Shown here: one piece after another, positions 59,751 to 64,000 of the stretch
Layout: each line of letters starts with the position of its first letter
Position numbering within the stretch: position 1 is the first letter of the stretch
Source of the DNA: Verrucomicrobiales bacterium
GTDB taxonomy: Bacteria; Verrucomicrobiota; Verrucomicrobiia; Limisphaerales; J093
Assembly (NCBI GenBank): GCA_037445715.1
Contig: JBBIJZ010000002.1
Coordinates: 30,269-94,268 of the forward strand
DNA: 64,000 nt
Reading direction: 5' to 3'
The notes under the pieces: model-generated
Told to the model about the DNA's origin: nothing
Seen by the model: only the letters and a program-made list of their open reading frames with translations
Database searches by the model: none
Program-made: the position numbers and the translations under genes

Positions 59751-62700
59751 AGCTGACTCGGTAGTAACGCTGCGCATCCTGGAGCGGCACGCCGCCCGTC
59801 GGCCGGTGGGTCAGGGTCAGGATTTGCACCGACGGGTTGGGATTGGACATGCGGGCGGCCAACTGCCAGTTGGGGTTGAGGAGATTGGTGGTGTACCAAA
59901 CGGCGTAGTCGGTCCGCGCCGCCGCCCGCCAGGACAATTCCACTTCCGGCGGGTTGACACTCGTGACCCGGAACCGGGTGATCAGCAGGTCGTCAAAGGG
60001 CGAGAGGTCCAGGCCGTTGACCACGCCGTCGCCATCGGAATCCAGGGTCAGACTTTGGAGCAGGCCGAGATTGACCCGCAGCACCCGGCCGTCCTTGAGG
60101 GCCACATCGGCGCCGCTGTTGGGGCCGGCGTAGCTCTTGACCCAGCGGAGCCGGTTGTTGAAGCGCCCGTCCAGCGAGTCCGGATCGAGGTTGGACATGG
60201 CGAAGTACACCGTCAGCCCGGGCTCGATGACCAGGTAGTTCTCCGGGTCCTCGGCCACGGTGGTGGCCGCGCCGATGTAGCGGTTGGTACTGAACTCCAG
60301 GAAATCCACGTACAGGGCGTATTGGCCGGGCAAGGGCTGACCGAAGTCGTCCACCGGCGGGCCCAGACGCAGTTCACCGAACGCCTGGCTGTCCAGGAAC
60401 AAGTGCCCGAGGGCGACGTTGTTCGAGAAACCGGCCGGTGAAGGCCCGCGGTCTGCCGCCGCCCAGGTGTGGGCCACACTGACAAACCGCGGGGCGGTGG
60501 TCTCGACACGGGTGCCCAGGAGGTCACCTGCCGCCGGGGCCCGCAACAGGTGGAACCCATCCGAAAGCTCGAGGCTGTTGCCGGAGTCCGGCCCGGCGTC
60601 GGCCAGGCTGTTGGTCACGTTGATCAAGAGGCTGCGGCCAGCCACCAGGCGATGATTGCGCAATTTGAAGCTGCCGCCGGCATAGTGGGCCGAGCCGCCG
60701 ATGTCGTGAAAGCTGCCTTCCAAGATGGCCTCGTCCGCAGTCAGACGCAGGTCGTAGGTGTTTTGGACCACGCCGGAGTCCTGATACTGGGTGGCGAGGA
60801 TTTCGTGCCCTTCCGCCTCCAGGCGGCCGGTGTTGACAAAGCGCTCGAGCCGCCGGCCGGCCGGAAAATCCGCCCCGTAGTAGCCCACGTTCCATGGCCG
60901 GAGGGTGCCGTGGTTGGTCAGGAAACGCAGCCGCGGCGTCATGCTGGCTTTCCAATCGGGGATGGCGTTGGTCAGGGCGATACGGCCGTTGACGGTGAGG
61001 CTCTCGGCGTTGATGAGGAGGCGGTCGCTGACCAGGTACGGGTCGTCCACAACCACGTTGGTGCTGTTGAGGGTAAGGGTGTGGGTGATGACCTGCTGGG
61101 TGCGGGTGAGGAAATCCGCGCTCAGGATCAGGCAGTAAAGGTTGATGTCAATCGGGTTGGTGACCGGGTTGAAATAGTTGGTGTTGGGGTCAATGAACCA
61201 GTTGGACAGGACCACGGCGAACTGGTTGGACCAGATGCCGGTCCAGGCCCGCAACTCGCCCCGGACGGCATGGAAACTGTCCTTGGCCAGGTTGCGGACG
61301 GTCAGCAGCCCGTTGGTCGAGCTGAGGTCATAGACCAGGTTCTCAACGTCTACCAGGGCCCCCTCGGAATTCTGCAGGTGGGCGGTCTTGATTTGGACCA
61401 GGGTCTCGCCCCGAATCCGGGTCCGGCTCAGGTCCAGTGTGTCCGCAGTGATTTCGATCCGGCCCGGCGTGTTGGTGGGCGACACGCCGGGGACCAGGGG
61501 GGGCCGGGACTGGAGACTGTCAATGCTGGCCGCGTAGCCGGCGTACATGTTCGTGGCAAAAACGTTGGAGAAAGTGGTGTTGTACAAAAAGCCGCCCACC
61601 AGCGAGGTGTTCCCGAGCGAACCCAGGGCATCGAAGAAGGGTAAAGAGCGGTAAATCTCGTAGGCCAAAGGCCGGCCGGTGGGCGTCCAAACTCCCCGGT
61701 TGGTCACGATTACGGTGTTGGTGTCGTAACCCAGGTAGTCGAGGAAGTAGAGCGTGTCCCGCTGTGGCGCGCCCTGGGCGACGTTGGTGGTCTGGGAGGC
61801 GATTTCGACCGCCACGATACCGAAGCCCAGTCCGGCCGGGCCGGGCGGACCGAAACGGGCCTGCACGGTGAAGTTGGTGTCGTTGACCCCCACCACCACG
61901 GCCTGCCGGAAGATGTTGGTCGGCAGCGTGATGTTGGTCACGGAGCCATCCTGGTTGGTTAGGGTGAGGAAGGTGGACGCCACCACGCCCGTGTTGGCAA
62001 AGGCGGTGAAATACTCGGCCGGGACAAAGGTACTGACGCTGGCGAAACCGTTGGCCCAGTTCGGGCCACTTTGGACCACATGAAGCCCGCTGCTGGCCAG
62101 CAGGTCGGTCCCAATGAAACGCAGCACGTTGGCCGTGTTGAGCGGGCCGGGGTTGGGAACCTGCTGGATGCCGGCCCCCCAGTAGAGGTCATAGATGGCG
62201 TTGTCGCCCAAAAAGCTGTCAAGGATGTTGTCGCCGGTTTCCTCAAAATACACGTTGGCAGTCGGGGAACCTTCAATGGGCAGCACTTCCAGCCCGCCGC
62301 GGCTGAGGTTGACCTGTTTACCCTCGATGCGGATGGTGCCGTTGTTGCCCACCTGAAGGTAGCCCGGACTCAGCACATTGGTGGCCGAAATATCGAGCAT
62401 GGTCTGGAAATAGACATTGCTGTACCCACCGTATTGGTTGGCATCGAGGGCGAAGATGCCACCAGAAGCCTCGTTGACGAAGCGGGCGGCCGGCCGGCGG
62501 ATGCCGAAGTCGTCCGTGTAATCAAACCGGAATCCGGGGGCTCCCTGCATGGTGCCCCGGTTGGTGTAGTACAGGGTGTTCTGGAAGTCGTAGGGCAGGA
62601 GCGTTAGCACCCCAAAGGTGCCCAGGTTCAGGAAAGCGGTGGCGTTGATCTGGGGCGGGTTGGTGAAGGTGACCGCTCCCGGATTGATGAAAATGGGGTC

Positions 62701-62877
62701 CACCTGGGGGGTGGGGAGAATCCGGTTGGGCACCCAGTCGTACCGCCCCACCGCGTTGAACGGCGTGGCGTAGGTGGTTCGTCCCGAGTTGACGTACACC
62801 GGCTGGGTGCCCGCCGCGGCCGCTCCGCTGCTCAGGAGCAACATCACCACCACACGCGTTCTGAAAAGCCAGTCCAT
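59740..62877 (-). CDS. secreted hypothetical protein (1,045 aa), Asn/Thr/Tyr-rich, beta-helix-like, with shared C-terminal domain
   Basis: ORF 59740..63054 trimmed to ATG 62877 (MDWLFRTRVVVMLLLSSGAAAAG signal). Calcium-binding-like LDSDGDGVVNGLD near the C-terminus. The last roughly 75 aa end in QRYYRVSYEP. No family recognised. Confidence 0.7.
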   Translation of the reverse strand: MDWLFRTRVVVMLLLSSGAAAAGTQPVYVNSGRTTYATPFNAVGRYDWVPNRILPTPQVDPIFINPGAVTFTNPPQINATAFLNLGTFGVLTLLPYDFQNTLYYTNRGTMQGAPGFRFDYTDDFGIRRPAARFVNEASGGIFALDANQYGGYSNVYFQTMLDISATNVLSPGYLQVGNNGTIRIEGKQVNLSRGGLEVLPIEGSPTANVYFEETGDNILDSFLGDNAIYDLYWGAGIQQVPNPGPLNTANVLRFIGTDLLASSGLHVVQSGPNWANGFASVSTFVPAEYFTAFANTGVVASTFLTLTNQDGSVTNITLPTNIFRQAVVVGVNDTNFTVQARFGPPGPAGLGFGIVAVEIASQTTNVAQGAPQRDTLYFLDYLGYDTNTVIVTNRGVWTPTGRPLAYEIYRSLPFFDALGSLGNTSLVGGFLYNTTFSNVFATNMYAGYAASIDSLQSRPPLVPGVSPTNTPGRIEITADTLDLSRTRIRGETLVQIKTAHLQNSEGALVDVENLVYDLSSTNGLLTVRNLAKDSFHAVRGELRAWTGIWSNQFAVVLSNWFIDPNTNYFNPVTNPIDINLYCLILSADFLTRTQQVITHTLTLNSTNVVVDDPYLVSDRLLINAESLTVNGRIALTNAIPDWKASMTPRLRFLTNHGTLRPWNVGYYGADFPAGRRLERFVNTGRLEAEGHEILATQYQDSGVVQNTYDLRLTADEAILEGSFHDIGGSAHYAGGSFKLRNHRLVAGRSLLINVTNSLADAGPDSGNSLELSDGFHLLRAPAAGDLLGTRVETTAPRFVSVAHTWAAADRGPSPAGFSNNVALGHLFLDSQAFGELRLGPPVDDFGQPLPGQYALYVDFLEFSTNRYIGAATTVAEDPENYLVIEPGLTVYFAMSNLDPDSLDGRFNNRLRWVKSYAGPNSGADVALKDGRVLRVNLGLLQSLTLDSDGDGVVNGLDLSPFDDLLITRFRVTSVNPPEVELSWRAAARTDYAVWYTTNLLNPNWQLAARMSNPNPSVQILTLTHRPTGGVPLQDAQRYYRVSYEP

Positions 62878-62926
62878 AAAGCTGCTCTCAAGTTCGTCTC
62901 GCCTGCCCCCCGGGTCAATCTCCCGC

Positions 62927-64000
62927 TCAGGGCGTGGTCCCGCCTCCCCCACCGAATCCGCCGGTGCCCGTTTGCCCTCCCTGCGTGGTTCCCGCCCCCA
63001 CGATGATGAAGGGTGACAGCCAAGGGTTCTCGTCCCGGTCCCGGACCTTCCCATCGAAAATCAGCCGCTCCAAAGCCCGAATGCTGGCGCCCTGCGGGAA
63101 CACCACCGGCTCGTTGGTGGTGCCGTCGTAGGCGCCCCACAAGACGCCAAGAAAACCATCTGCCTGGCCGCCGCCCGGGCTGTTGATCAGGTACTCGCCC
63201 AGCTTGCTGAAAGAAATGACGTGGGGCCCGGAGATGGTGCCCGGACCGGACAGGACCGTGCTTCCGTTGAGGGCGTCCTGGCTGGTCAACACCATGCTTT
63301 TGGCAAAAAAGATTGGATCGCCAGCAGGGGTAATTCCCAAATCCGCGGCCTCGAACAGGATGTCGGGCGCCGCCAGGGTCCGCTGCAGGAGCTGGGTACG
63401 CTGGACGAAGTTCGAAATGTACCGGTCCACGTACACGTTGGTCATGGCCACCCAGTTGCCCACCAGCGAGTCGTAGTTCACCCGCACGAAGGTGACCTTG
63501 TCCACCCCGGGGCGCAGGGCGATGTTCACCGGCGGGAGGTTGGTCCCCGCCACCACATTGGTGAATCCCGGCGGCGCGCCCCAGCCGTTTACCTTGCCCT
63601 GCGAATCCACCCCGACGATGTAGTTGCCGCGCTGGGTCCCCAGCGGCGCCTGCACCACGTTGGTCTCCAGGGGCTCGACGTTGAAATTGTCCGGGCGATA
63701 GACGTAGCGGAGCATGCCGACATCGTCCCGGGTCAGCCCGGTGAAAAACATGCCGGGCGACAGGGTGGCAAACATGCCGCTCGCCTGCACCGTCCCTCCC
63801 CACACGTTGAACGCGGAAACCGAACTCACACTGGGCCGGCTGGGGTCCACTTCAAATTCCACCGCCTCCCAAGTCGGGGTCGTGTAGGTCTGGATGATTT
63901 GGTACGTGTACAGCGCGCCGTTGACGTAGCTGGAAGGCTCGAAGGTGACGGGATCGAAATTGCGCTTGATGACCGCGTACACCGGGATGTTGTTGATCAC
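62927..64000 (-). CDS. hypothetical secreted protein, C-terminal part (5' end outside window), Gly-rich tail
   Basis: The frame is open to the window edge. Ends in GGQTGTGGFGGGGGTTP. Located 49 nt upstream of the next gene on the same strand. No family recognised. Confidence 0.6.
   Translation of the reverse strand: MINNIPVYAVIKRNFDPVTFEPSSYVNGALYTYQIIQTYTTPTWEAVEFEVDPSRPSVSSVSAFNVWGGTVQASGMFATLSPGMFFTGLTRDDVGMLRYVYRPDNFNVEPLETNVVQAPLGTQRGNYIVGVDSQGKVNGWGAPPGFTNVVAGTNLPPVNIALRPGVDKVTFVRVNYDSLVGNWVAMTNVYVDRYISNFVQRTQLLQRTLAAPDILFEAADLGITPAGDPIFFAKSMVLTSQDALNGSTVLSGPGTISGPHVISFSKLGEYLINSPGGGQADGFLGVLWGAYDGTTNEPVVFPQGASIRALERLIFDGKVRDRDENPWLSPFIIVGAGTTQGGQTGTGGFGGGGGTTP

Overview
This 64-kb window is a very GC-rich bacterial chromosomal segment. 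My hand counts of single 60-nt lines run from about 48% to 78% G+C. All family calls come from motif recognition by eye, because no searches were possible.

The gene content suggests a PVC-superphylum (Verrucomicrobiota-like) organism. The evidence is a prepilin-leader/H-X9-DG protein, giant Calx-beta/delta-60 secreted proteins, and mosaic GC-rich intergenic repeats.

I call about 36 CDS and one tRNA-Leu(UAA).

Housekeeping blocks:
- pstSCAB-phoU, preceded by a Pho-box-like site
- msrA
- rplM-rpsI
- nrdR
- korAB, followed by a histidine kinase and a receiver-only regulator
- an SDR and a PfkB kinase
- a DinG-type helicase
- coaE

Non-housekeeping content, where the novelty is:
1. 20.2-30.3 kb: a self-contained minus-strand operon. 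It encodes an ECF sigma factor, an anti-sigma factor fused to a vWA ectodomain, and a 2,342-aa internally duplicated polytopic protein with no domain I recognise.
2. 46.7-64 kb: a minus-strand block of secreted giants. These are a 2,864-aa metzincin/PKD/Calx-beta/7-blade delta-60 protein, a 1,229-aa subtilase, a 1,045-aa unknown protein and a further partial unknown protein. They share C-terminal modules, including a roughly 75-aa terminal domain ending in (F/Y)YR.
3. 8.5-11.4 kb: a run of four lipoprotein genes (COG3014-like, YcfL-like, LpoB-like, Gly-zipper).
4. A mosaic family of GC-rich hairpin repeats that fills four intergenic regions.
5. A 5 x 9-bp GATC-containing tandem array immediately upstream of coaE.

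I found no CRISPR array, rRNA, transposase or integrase. The many long antisense ORFs in the track are GC-composition artefacts.
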